From: Schmidtea polychroa
Lineage: Eukaryota
Length of the DNA: 64,000 nt
Reading direction: 5' to 3'
Assembly (NCBI GenBank): GCA_044892525.1
Contig: CM097885.1
Coordinates: 26,910,001-26,974,000 of the forward strand
Shown: positions 26,455 to 37,753 of the stretch, one piece after another
Layout: each line of letters opens with the position of its first letter
Numbering within the stretch: the first letter of the stretch is position 1
Position numbers and translations under genes: made by a program
Notes under the pieces: model-generated
Database searches by the model: none
What the model saw: the letters and a program-made list of their open reading frames with translations, nothing else
What the model was told of the DNA's origin: nothing

Positions 26455-28382
26455 CAATGTTTATTAAGCAATGACATCGACATCAATACGCTTGTATCTG
26501 TTACTGTAGATGGTGCTACAGCCATGTTAGAAAAGCGTATTGGTCTGATTGGCTTTTCTGAAGGCAGATGGAAATTTCCCAGACTTCCAAGCTTATCATT
26601 GTATTATTAACCAACAAGCACTTTGTTCTTAACTGAAAAATTATGAATTTAAAAGTATAATGAACATAATTGTAAAAACTGTGAAAATCCACGAACAATT
26701 TAAGTTGCTGTTAGAAGAGTACGATTTAGTTCTACTTTGGTTGAGTAAAGAAAAGGTTTTGATGCGATTCTGGAATCTAATGCTTGAAATCTAAAATTTT
26801 TTTTGAAAGAAATCCAAAATAGAATTGTTAAATAATATTTAAAATTCTGTTTTTATTGGGAGACTAACATTTCTAACGAAATTACGGGTCAATTTCAAAT
26901 TGCAAGGTCGGAATCAAACTTTACCAATAATGGCGAAGGAGATAAATATGTTTAGATGCAGATAAATCAGATTACTATTGAATAGACCAGGGGTGGGGAA
27001 CCTTTTTATTTCCATAGGCCACATTGAAATTTGTCGCCTCCAAATGGGGCCACAATCAAAAGTTATTTTAACATTAATTAATTTCATTTTAAATCTTTTG
27101 TTTATAGTTAGTAATTAAAACAATATTTATAATTAGTCTCCAGATTTGAAAAATGCAGCTATACGAAATATTCTGGAAAATGTTTATTATTTCTGAATCG
27201 AAAAATTGATGCAAATAAGTCATCATTTCACAAATGAGTGCTCAGTAATCTTATTTATTCGTCTATATACGTTTTGTATTTATGGTTGTGAATGATTGAC
27301 TTTTATATTTCGTTCTGTGTACTCGGCGGGATGTTTACAGTACGGTATATATACAGTTCAGTCAAAATTCATGGTGTTTTATATAAATTAAGATTTATTT
27401 CGATAAGGCTCCGGAGGTTCACCAGACCTTTGTTTCATCTTTGGGGTGAATTTTTTTTATACTGAATGTATTATGTTCACTTGGTGTTTCAAATTTTAAA
27501 ATCACATAATTATATCTTTTTTTATGGATAATTGACACATTTCCTGACTTTATGAAATTTCATTCCGCACTTAAAGGGTTAAAGCAAAGCTAAACTTATT
27601 CATCAAACAAATTTTTACACACGAAATTGTTAAAGGAAAACTCTTGGTTAACAATGAGGTTTTCAAGCAGTCTTTGGAAATAATAGGGACATGCATAATA
27701 TATCGAATGTGTGGTTTTAGCCAAAAATCCATTCGATTGACTTTTAAATACATAATATTTATAAACGTGAACTTAATAACAATAATTCTATCCTCAAGGC
27801 TGTTAAATATAATTTTTGAACAAAAATCTGGTATGAGATCAGATCAATACCACTTAACACTCCTTAAAACCGCAAACATTAAAAATTAATATTTATAAAA
27901 TAAATTATTTAAAGGCACCATAATCTAATAATTTACCTTATTAATAAATCAATATCCATGATTTATTGGAAAAATCAATTTTAAATCACACTTAATAAGT
28001 CTAAAATTTATATTTCAATTTATTCAAATAGATTACACTTTAAGCACTTCAAAAGCTTTAATTGTCGACAACACAATAAATAAATATAAAAAACACATTC
28101 AAAAATAGAATTAAAAATCAGAGCCAATAAATCAAAAGATTTATTATTAATCTTCCTTTAAAACCCAGTGATAGCATTTGCAAATTTTGATGATAAATCA
28201 TTAACAGCTTTAATTCTAATAAAATTAGAAAGCACTTTAATTAGTTTTATTTAAAATAATACACTTCCTGAAAACCCATTACAATTAATATTTAATCATA
28301 AAATGAGTCAAACGATAAAATATGAAATAATGATATCAACTTAACAATTAATTTTAGCTTAACATGCAAAATTTAATTAAAT

Positions 28383-28695
28383 TTATTTTTTGACTTGTTC
28401 ATTGGTCTCGGGAGCATTCTTTTTTGCTTCTTGTTTAGCTTTTAGAGCTTGTGCATCTCTAATTCCGTAACGTAAAGTCAAAAACTTAATAAATTAGATA
28501 ACAACCTCAATCTTCTTTCTTCTAAAGTTAAACCTCTATTGGATGTTGTTTCTTTCGAGGCAGTACCCTTTGGTTGCTTCTTTAAATTTTTTTCTCGTGC
28601 TAATTCGCGCTGATTTCCTCCTATATATATATTTTTAAATAATTTTAATTAATGATAATTATAATATAAGATAATTAAATCAACATACTGGTCAT
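28383..28695 (-). CDS. SERF: Small EDRK-rich factor (SERF/4F5/MOAG-4 family), 3 exons (28695-28689, 28620-28506, 28458-28383)
   Basis: GT-AG splicing gives MTRGNQRELAREKNLKKQPKGTASKETTSNRGLTLEERRLRDAQALKAKQEAKKNAPETNEQVKK*. Confidence 0.92.
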
Positions 28696-29003
28696 ATTGA
28701 AAATTTCAATATAATTGATCTACGAAATGACTAATTTAAACAAATTATTTTCAATTTAAGTGGAAATAAATAAATTTCTTAATTAAAATATGCCATATAA
28801 AATAATGAATCGAGTTTCTAATATATGTATTTCAGTTTCTAATATATGTATAAATTTAGTTTATATATAAAAGTTGTTAAATGATTTCCAAAATATTTCA
28901 GACATCAAAATTTTTAATTTTAATCAAAATAAAACAATAAAAAACAAATGAATGTTACAAAAATTTTAATTTTAATGAGAAAAACTGTTACATACTTGAT
29001 TAA

Positions 29004-29478
29004 CACGTTGACTGCCACGCGTGTTTACAACAAAATCCCCGTCAGGCCACCGGCGCCACTGTAAGATGCGTGCTCTGCTACCGCATGTCTGTTTACATTT
29101 CTTTCGGTACTCTCAGCCCGATATCTATTACGATCCTCATTTATCAATAAAAGAGAAGAACTGGAACGATCAAAGGCACGAGCAAATCTCAGAAAACCCA
29201 CTACTTTTTGTCCAAGCTGCCCTGGTCAACCGCAACTTTGCAGTGAATGCTTCAATATTTTGCACTGTAAATAATTTTGTTAATAAACGATTTTTAAAAA
29301 AATTCAACAGTATTATTATCTCCTGTCATATATTTATCTAAATATGTTCGGAAATCCTTTGGAAGGAGTCACCCGATGTGGCCTGATGATAACTCTTGCT
29401 GTCACCCGAATACGGGTGACGTGGCCTGATGAGAACTTTTGCTGTCACCCGAATACGGGTGACACGGCAGTTAACGTG
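29004..29478. mobile_element. Non-autonomous piggyBac-like element
   Basis: TTAA|CACGTTGACTGCC ... GGCAGTTAACGTG|TTAA, with subterminal GTCACCCGAATACGGGTGAC palindromes. Confidence 0.88.
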
Positions 29479-29899
29479 TTAAATAAGCACTTGAGATTAA
29501 ATATATCAAGTATCCTTAAATTAAGTATGGGATATCGATAAAATTATGATTTTTTTATCATTCTAGAATGTTCCCAAAATATGCAAATTTTTCCAAAATC
29601 TAATAGTTATAATAGATAGCGCAAAGATATTATAAAAAACAAGATTTTAACTCTCTAGAAATACTAGAATGCTGTTTTGACTTGAGTACTGGAAATATAC
29701 GGAATTAGTCAAGGAATATTTCGGGAGACGGAAACAACACCTTCAGAAGCACCAAGTTTGATAAGAATATGTTCACAACCCACTATAAATTTTAATATTA
29801 AATTCGCTCAGAAATTATTATTTAATATTTCATGGAAGCAAAATATTATGGTTTTAACTGAAGCTGGTATAGTAGTACCATGTGGGGTTCTGGGATTTT

Positions 29900-30330
29900 T
29901 ATCGAAATGGAATATACTCATGATTTATGTTTGATATTGATTATTTCGTCTTCAATAAATCTTTTTTAATTTTAATTTTTAAGCTTTTCTAGTATCATTC
30001 CGAATTCACTTAAATCTCTGTCTTTTCTTCTCATACTGGATTGAAATCTTTTATTTCTGCTACCATACCTCGATTTCTTCTTTCATCTCCTCCAAATCTT
30101 ATCGCTAGTCTTTCTAGTGTTTTTTGTAAACTGCAGCATCATGTCGTAAATGCTCTTTCATCAGGAGAGGTTCTCTTACTAGGTATTGTCTTAAATATAT
30201 CAGCTTCTCTTCATCATTAACACTTCCTGAGTTAACATAAACGTCAAATTCAATTTCCAACATTTCATAGTGTTTGTCTATGGTTATTTTACTTTTACCA
30301 TCCACCTACCGATGGCAACGATTATGTTGG
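29900..30330 (-). pseudogene. BEL/Pao-like gag fragment
   Basis: FDVYVNSGSVNDEEKLIYLRQYL resembles the Pao gag (DUF1759-type) motif; heavily decayed. Confidence 0.4.
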
Positions 30331-30625
30331 TACTGTACGCAGAGACTGAATGCAAATGGTCAGATGAGCTTCATTGCTAAATCTACTTTCCATTAACACT
30401 CATACATAGGTTCCTAACTGCCTTTGGAAGGTTTTAAGTTGCTAAATACAGCACAGTTGCTTCAATGGGTCAACAACCAGAGCTCAAAATAGGGCCTGTG
30501 TGTATATATTTCACACAATGTCAGTTGTCGGGCCAGAAGAGCATCACCTGAACATATTGCAGAATTCTATTTCAACCTTATCTCTATTCCTCTAGTACTT
30601 GCCATTTGTCCATTACTCAATATAA

Positions 30626-30858
30626 CCCTTTCGCCCCTATTGGGACAATACGTCCCAGAAACTTTCATCATGATCCTACTGGGATATTTTCAAAGCAATT
30701 TGCGGTGTTAAAGTTTATTTTCAGTGTTTCATTGTTCTAGGGTATTCAGAAGCGCCACGATTACAAAAATGAGAATATTTCATATTTAGGTCAATATTAA
30801 CAAGTTCCAATATATAAATTTAGCATAGTGTCATTAGCGGAAAGTCGGTGCGAAAGGG
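30626..30858. mobile_element. piggyBac-like MITE
   Basis: ATAA|CCCTTTCGC ... GCGAAAGGG|TTAA. Confidence 0.65.
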
Positions 30859-33009
30859 TTAAGAATGCATCAAAACGAATTATTCTAGAAGATTCATTTT
30901 TTTCCAAATCAATATTTATTTATTCTTTCTTCTTGTCATAGCTTCTTCGTATATAAATTTAATTTATAACTTTCCTAATTAATTTGATTATGGTCCTTCG
31001 TATGTAAATATGACCAATAGTCATTTAAATTTAAATTTAATTGTAGGATGTCTGTAGGTAGTTATCAAAAGATCGTGATTGGTGGAGTTCAGTCGTTAGA
31101 TTGAACAACGCGTTTAAAGTTGTAAATTATGAAGATGTCCTCTGTGTCATAAGTGTAGACGCAAATGAGCCTGGGAACTATTTTCCAAAACCCATCATAG
31201 AACGAGAAAAGTCGAGGTATGAACCTTTCCCCACGAGAGTACGAAAGCCTTTGATTTTAATCAAGAACTACAATACACATGTAGTATTCTCGTGATAGTA
31301 CAAGATTTTCATGGATCAAATTATCAAATCTAATGTTTTGTTTAGTTATCTGATAATTTTTTGTGTCATTTGCTTATTTTTATTATATAAATGATTATGT
31401 GAAAATGTTGAAGGTATCCGGTGAACTGAACTTATATTTTATAAGTGGAAAATTATTCAAAATAGTTTTTCGAGATCTTAAGCATGTATTTGCCGAGTAA
31501 AAAGTAAGGAAGATAGGGTTCCAGTATAAAAAATGATTTCAGAAGCCAATATAATTCTTAAAATTACAAGCGTTTGATAATTCTCATGAATATTTCTAAG
31601 ACGGTTTCCGTCTTCAAGATATATTCCATTTCAAATCCCCCTCCTTTATACTGAAACAAGTGCATATAAACAAGTGTAAATAAACACTATATCTTTTTGG
31701 TCCTTATTTTTTATTCCTTGAATAGTAAGAAACATATTTACATAATCTGTATTTGTAACTTCAAATAACTAAAGACTCCTTGAATCAAAATTTCGTTAGT
31801 GAGACAATAACAAATTTCACTCTTTTTATCTTATATCTTTACATGCCAAACAGCTCTTGTGTACTCCATTATTATTTTCCAACCTCACACATCAGTAAAA
31901 GAATGACTATTATTAATGTTGGGATATTAAAAAAAATTTAAATACTTGAAAAAGAGCCAAAATATCAACATATTTTATAGGAAGAACTGGAAATATATGA
32001 CAATTAAAAAATAAATTTCAAATAAAAGTAAACAAATTGTTAAATTTAATAACCAACAATAACTTTTGATTTAATAATTTACTTGTTCAAGTCAGAAACA
32101 ATAATATAGTGTGACACCCCGAGTATGAAATCCGACGGAACCCTACCTGAAATCCTATTCTGTACACGAAAAGAACTCCAAATCTGATTTATAATATCAT
32201 TTAAATTTCTACGTATTTCACAATCCGCCTGATAAAGATTTTCTTCGAACATAATGGCAAATTTAGTTGAGTTTGTTTTCCTTTTATTTGCTATGATTAA
32301 CAGGTATCAAAATTAATCCGCAATAAATAATTCTCATCTCTAAATTGAATACCACTAATTTAATTATTAGACCGCAATTTAACAGGATTATATTAAGTTT
32401 GTCAGATTCGAGGATTTTGTTTTCTTAATAAAATGATCAATGTGGTCAACAAAGATATTAATTAATCAGAATTCACGTGAATACGTTGTCTAAGGACCCC
32501 ATTTTGTGTAAAAACGTTATATTTGCATTGATCATTTTTCCTCTACTTTCTCCCTAAAAATATTGATTTTTCAAATTTTTATCAATTTGCACTCATTTAC
32601 ATAATCTCAACCAGTCTCAGTTAATCAATATAAAAACAGCAGGAGTCAACTTCTTTTTGAATTGAAATAATACTCCTCTCAAAAAATTATTCGAACAAAA
32701 TATCCGTAGGAAATTCTTTCAATGTAGTAATGTATAATTAAAGAATTCAACAAACAACATCAATCAACATCACATATTCACACAATCTTTAATTAAGTTA
32801 GTTAGATATCTGTTTGTTTAAATAATTTGGATTTGGCAGATTTTGTGAATTAATTAAAACTTGTTATTTAGAAATTCTTTGATTAAATATATATTATTAG
32901 TTTGAAGATTTTTGTTGCAAATTTAAAGATGGATCTAAAGATGGATTTAACTGGCGACCACGCCGAAAATCAAAATATCAACGCCATTTCAAAATCGACA
33001 AAATCGCTA

Positions 33010-34131
33010 ATGGAATGCCTACCGAAATCATGCCAAGACATGCTCACACTGAACATCAGACGATATGATGGATGAGGTTTAAAAGAAGCAGAAGAATGGA
33101 TCAGAGATATAGAAGAATGGTTGCTGACAAATGGACAGCGATTGACAAGCACTTTCGATGTGTTATTAGTGGCAGAAGCATAGACATTGTGGGGAAACGT
33201 CAGAGAAACAGAAACCACAGATGTAAAAGCCAAAGCGTGGTTCTTAAATACGTTCACAATTACAAAATCAATAACTGACAAAATCAGAGAATTGGCAGCT
33301 ATGGAACAGGAAGATGATGAAAGGTTTGCAGCTTTTGAGATACGGCTAAGGAAAGCTTTAGCTGAAGTTATAAATTCTGGACAATCTGAAGAAGATATTG
33401 TTCAAGATCTCATCGCAAATAAAGCACGCGATGCGAGACTGAGAGAGATACTATTGACGAAGCCAGAAACAAAAATTGAAGAAACGAGATCATTGGCGAA
33501 AATTTTTGAAAGTAACAAAAATGGAAACCATAAAACAGAATTTATTAAAGCAATCGGTCAAAGAACATACGCTAGCGTGACTGAGGGAGGGAAGATGAGA
33601 ATTCAAAAGAATACCCAAGATCCCATGCATACATCATCACAAAGAAGACTACCAGAAGACCAATTTAGTCACCACAGATCAAGAAGAGAAGAACATCCTA
33701 TACGCGGACCAATACAATACGAAGGAAATAACCATGGTCGTCGAGAACAATCTCCAAGAGAACAATTCTTGAGAAATGCGAGAATCCCGAATAGCTCAGA
33801 AAGGACGCTGCCAGCAATATCCATGAAAAATATTGCAAGGAGGCTGTACAATGAAAGTAGGGGACTACCACAAGCATCGGTCCCAAAATTAACGGTAGGT
33901 GATTGTTTTTGCTGTGGCGAAAGGGGACATAGAAGGTATGAGTGTCCACTGGGAAATAAATGTCTGATATGTGGCAAGGAAGGACACGGGTTCCGAGATT
34001 GTTTTTCGTTACGGAAAGATGTTACACAACGATATCAAAGAATAGCGTGCATAGAAGAAGAAGATTCAAAATCTGAAACAAGAGATTACACTGAGAACGG
34101 CCAGGATTTCAGAATGGATCACAGCAATATG
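33010..34131 (+). pseudogene. gag: Element A gag (two CCHC knuckles; stops at 33073 and 33181; tail resumes at 42177-42280)
   Basis: CFCCGERGHRRYEC and CLICGKEGHGFRDC; the frame continues across the ATATG TSD. Confidence 0.9.
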
Positions 34132-35011
34132 TGTAGTGAGCCGTTACACGGCCTTAACAATATCTATATACCTATTATACTATATTATATTATATTATAC
34201 GATATTATATTATATATATAAATGCGCGGTCACCAGCGACTAAGGACCAAACAGAACACAATAACAGTCAATCAAAATTCGTGCGATCAGCTAATACTTC
34301 TACTTATCAATCAGGCTCTATTAATCAATCTCAGAAGAGTAAAGCAAATTCGATGCCATGTTATCATTATCAAGATAAACTGTATTCGGCTCCCAATAGT
34401 TTTAGTGTTGGCTCTCATAGACCAACACCCTCATCCATTACAATTCGCGAAATACGGAACAAATCCTAACAATAATATAAAAACCTAAATTTGTTTATTT
34501 TGCATTTATTTATTAGTAATTGACTATTTGAAATTCTTACGCGAACTTTATAAAATCGTTAAGCTTTTTAAATTATATATTTTTAAAAATCTGTTTATTT
34601 TTTATCGAATGATATAATTTTGTATTTTTTGTAACTTTGTTTACTTATATGTATAAATTTTGTAAAAGATTTCCTGGCTTGTTTATATATTCGCGAACTT
34701 TATAAAATCGTTAAGCTTTTTAAATTATATATTTTTAAAAATCTGTTTATTTTTTATCGAATGATATAATTTTGTATTTTTTGTAACTTTGTTTACTTAT
34801 ATGTATAAATTTTGTAAAAGATTTCCTGGCTTGTTTATATATTCCAAAAAAAATGAATAAACTGGGTGTTTTAAAATATTACAATTGTAGTTGTTTTTTG
34901 AGAATTATAATTCGTTTTCAATCTTGATCGCTATATTTGGATTTTGATTTTGAAATAATATACTTATCCTGATCGTATTAATAACAGCTTATTGAAATTG
35001 TATAATCGGAC

Positions 35012-37753
35012 ATGTTCCCGTTTTCTAAATCAATTTTCATGATTCTCGGAAGTTTTCAAGAAGACACAGAAAATCTAAAAAATCTTGATCCCAGATTTTG
35101 GATTACTCGCGAAACCTATCATCGTGCGATTGCCAAATTACCAGAAAGGACTACGCCAACCACAACATTGGTGTCAGAAGTGCCAGAACAATGTTCAAGA
35201 TTTGAACAATTAGAAACTTATTTATCTAATATCATTGCTAAATCCAGATTACAGGAAATACAATCTATGTTAGTTTCTCATAAACGAACAGCGGAATTAC
35301 GTCAAAATATGTTCCATATGCTTTCCAAAATATTTTCTGAATTAAAACTTTCATCAAAATTTAATCCTATATCCCATGATATTGATAGGCTGATAGATCA
35401 ATTGATAATTGCTCATTCCTGTTTTTTGTCATCGAATCGAGAAGAGTATATCAAATTAACTCAGACAATTCCAGATCGTGATTCTTTGGATCCCGTAGTC
35501 GTTCTAGGTGATTCCATTTCGACCCCTGCAAATATCACAGATAATAATCATATTCCAAATGGTCAATTTCAAATTGCTGACCCGATAAATAAATCGTCTT
35601 TCAAATTTATCAAGAAAAGTATTCAATTACAATCTGAATCATCGGATACTAAATCCGAATTTCCCCTATTCAGTGCTTTCAATAGCTCAGCTGGTAATGA
35701 TATTACTGAATTCCACAGTACACTGAATTCTACATCTCCCCTGTCACGGCTTTCAGATCAGAAATCATTTATGAACAGTTTGAATTCAGTTGGTTCGTCG
35801 AATTCTCTGCTGGAAAGTTTCTACCATTTAAATTCTCAAAACCACGCCGCAATCAACAGTAACAACAATAATAATCAGTCATACGATCACAACATCAATC
35901 AACAGGCAAACAACAACGGTGTGCTTAACTACGGTCAGTATCAGTATCGAAACGAAATGGATATAAATCGCATATTTGGCTCGGAGAAACCGAACTCACA
36001 TTACGATCAGAAATATAAAGATACAGCCGATATAGATTTTGATTCGATTAATGTTTCCCGGCAAGCATTGGCTGAGATGATTGCCGTTGAAAATCGTCAA
36101 AAAATGACTCCGATCAATAATTATATACCAAATAACAAATTGCTAACGAGTGATGTCTTACACACAGCCCCACAACGCATCATGCTTCGACCAAATCCAA
36201 ATGAATTCTTAATGCAACAGAATAATGATTTTTTCACATTAAACTCTCGTGCACCGGGACAGCCATTTATTCACGATAATAAACCGTCTCCCAGCGAATC
36301 GAGACTCAATCAAGCAATGCCCGTGTCAGCACCGCCAGGTACCTTAGATCGATTACCTCTAAATTATATTATTATATTATTATTAAATTATACTATATTA
36401 TTATTGATTTATATTATTATTGATATCATATATAAAATTATAAAAAATTATTTAAATAAGCATCAGCCCACACGAGAGGGTAGCGCCGCACCGGGGCCCA
36501 AAAAGTTCCAAATATTAATAGAAAACCCTGGAACAAATAAGACACAAACCGTTTCAGTTGACACAGACACTACAATTAAAGGTCTTTCTAAAAATTACAG
36601 CACATTGACTAATCACAAATGCCGTTTTCTCTTGTCGTATAACGGCAACATCCTTTCCGACAGTCGTACCTTGGGCGACTATGGAGTGACACCATACAGC
36701 GTCATTCATTGTTTGTTGCCACTTTCTGGCGGTTCCTCCGATTCGGAGAATGACTCAGGCAGCAACCCCAAACAGGCAAAACATAAGCGTAGGTCCAACA
36801 ACCAGCGATCAACGTACTTATGTCAATATTTTTTGGATGAGAATAACTCTCCACTTACTTGGCTGATAGCTACCGAACTAGTACTCGAGGGAATCGAGGT
36901 AACCAGTTCACGAGACAAATACTGTCGCATCTTGCCGTTGATTCCGCCGACGATATTAAGTAAACTTTCGTCCGTGATCCTTCGCACTTCGCCTACTAGC
37001 GTAAAAAACCCATATGAAGAATTGCGTACGGCAATCCTCGATATTTTTAAAGAACCTACAGCTGCCGTCTTCACTAAATACTTCAAGACGCAAACTTTGG
37101 GCAGCAGAAAACCATCACAGTTCTTGCAACACGCTATGGCGGAACTAACGCAAATACACCCGGAGGCTGCGGCGGATCAAAAACTCTTGAGGCAATTTTT
37201 TCTGTCTGCTTTACCGCCACACGCACAACAAATTTTAGCGCTTTCGTCAACAGCAGACGTGGTAGAGCTAGCAAAGATGGCCGACAAGATTAACGAAGTC
37301 GTGCCACTTGGTCCGCAACCAACTTGCTCTGTGCAGTTAAGTAGCAGCACTAACCCCGAAATTTTACCTTCTTCTTCTTTAAAACCTTCGACCGAAGAAG
37401 CTTTACTTTGCGCTATTACAGGCCTCACTAAACGCATCAGCGAGCTTGAGAATAGCATGTCCACCAGGCGGACAAATGACGACAGGCAATATGCCCAAAA
37501 ATCACACTTGGTGCAAAATACTCGTCAACGTTCACCTTCACCTGCAACCAGGAACCTGTGCCGTTTCCATTTTAAGTTTCGTAACAAGGCATGGTTCTGC
37601 CATTTAGGTTGCAATTGGCGAGATAAAGCACCATCCTGTCAGATACTTGACAAGTGTATATACCACGACAGGTTTGGAGATAAAGCCTTAAAATGCTTCG
37701 AAGGCTGCTCCAATTACACAAAACCTAAAGCAAACAATCAAAAAAACTTATAA
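35012..37753 (+). CDS. gag: Extended Gag: N-terminal helical and Asn/Ser-rich region, hydrophobic segment, ubiquitin-like domain (36506-36733), capsid, two Cys/His motifs
   Basis: 913-aa open frame. Ubl FQILIEN...LSYNGNILSDSRTLGDYGV...IHCLLPLSGG; capsid motifs PYEELRTAIL, LGSRKPSQFL, FFLSALP; CRFHFKF..C...C and CIYHDRFGDKALKC...C. The true start codon is uncertain. Confidence 0.9.
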   Translation: MFPFSKSIFMILGSFQEDTENLKNLDPRFWITRETYHRAIAKLPERTTPTTTLVSEVPEQCSRFEQLETYLSNIIAKSRLQEIQSMLVSHKRTAELRQNMFHMLSKIFSELKLSSKFNPISHDIDRLIDQLIIAHSCFLSSNREEYIKLTQTIPDRDSLDPVVVLGDSISTPANITDNNHIPNGQFQIADPINKSSFKFIKKSIQLQSESSDTKSEFPLFSAFNSSAGNDITEFHSTLNSTSPLSRLSDQKSFMNSLNSVGSSNSLLESFYHLNSQNHAAINSNNNNNQSYDHNINQQANNNGVLNYGQYQYRNEMDINRIFGSEKPNSHYDQKYKDTADIDFDSINVSRQALAEMIAVENRQKMTPINNYIPNNKLLTSDVLHTAPQRIMLRPNPNEFLMQQNNDFFTLNSRAPGQPFIHDNKPSPSESRLNQAMPVSAPPGTLDRLPLNYIIILLLNYTILLLIYIIIDIIYKIIKNYLNKHQPTREGSAAPGPKKFQILIENPGTNKTQTVSVDTDTTIKGLSKNYSTLTNHKCRFLLSYNGNILSDSRTLGDYGVTPYSVIHCLLPLSGGSSDSENDSGSNPKQAKHKRRSNNQRSTYLCQYFLDENNSPLTWLIATELVLEGIEVTSSRDKYCRILPLIPPTILSKLSSVILRTSPTSVKNPYEELRTAILDIFKEPTAAVFTKYFKTQTLGSRKPSQFLQHAMAELTQIHPEAAADQKLLRQFFLSALPPHAQQILALSSTADVVELAKMADKINEVVPLGPQPTCSVQLSSSTNPEILPSSSLKPSTEEALLCAITGLTKRISELENSMSTRRTNDDRQYAQKSHLVQNTRQRSPSPATRNLCRFHFKFRNKAWFCHLGCNWRDKAPSCQILDKCIYHDRFGDKALKCFEGCSNYTKPKANNQKNL

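Larger units (their letters stand above)
19645..26985 (+). mobile_element. Decayed hAT (SPIN/Buster-like) transposon split by two later insertions
   Basis: CAGTGTTCTCAA start and GKPMCLL zinc-finger remnant. The frame KRIELISS|NILE..FSIAMNES continues across 20157-25934; later LLPMKNTTRGEDIY and LVSVTVDGA. Confidence 0.75.

Noticed and set aside
31048..31295. Exon-like segment (KDRDWWSSVVRLNNAF...)
   Set aside because: No recognisable family or partner exons; in-frame stop near the acceptor.
34222..34488. 88-aa ORF repeated at 41378-41644
   Set aside because: Identity merely reflects the two LTR copies; no recognisable domain.
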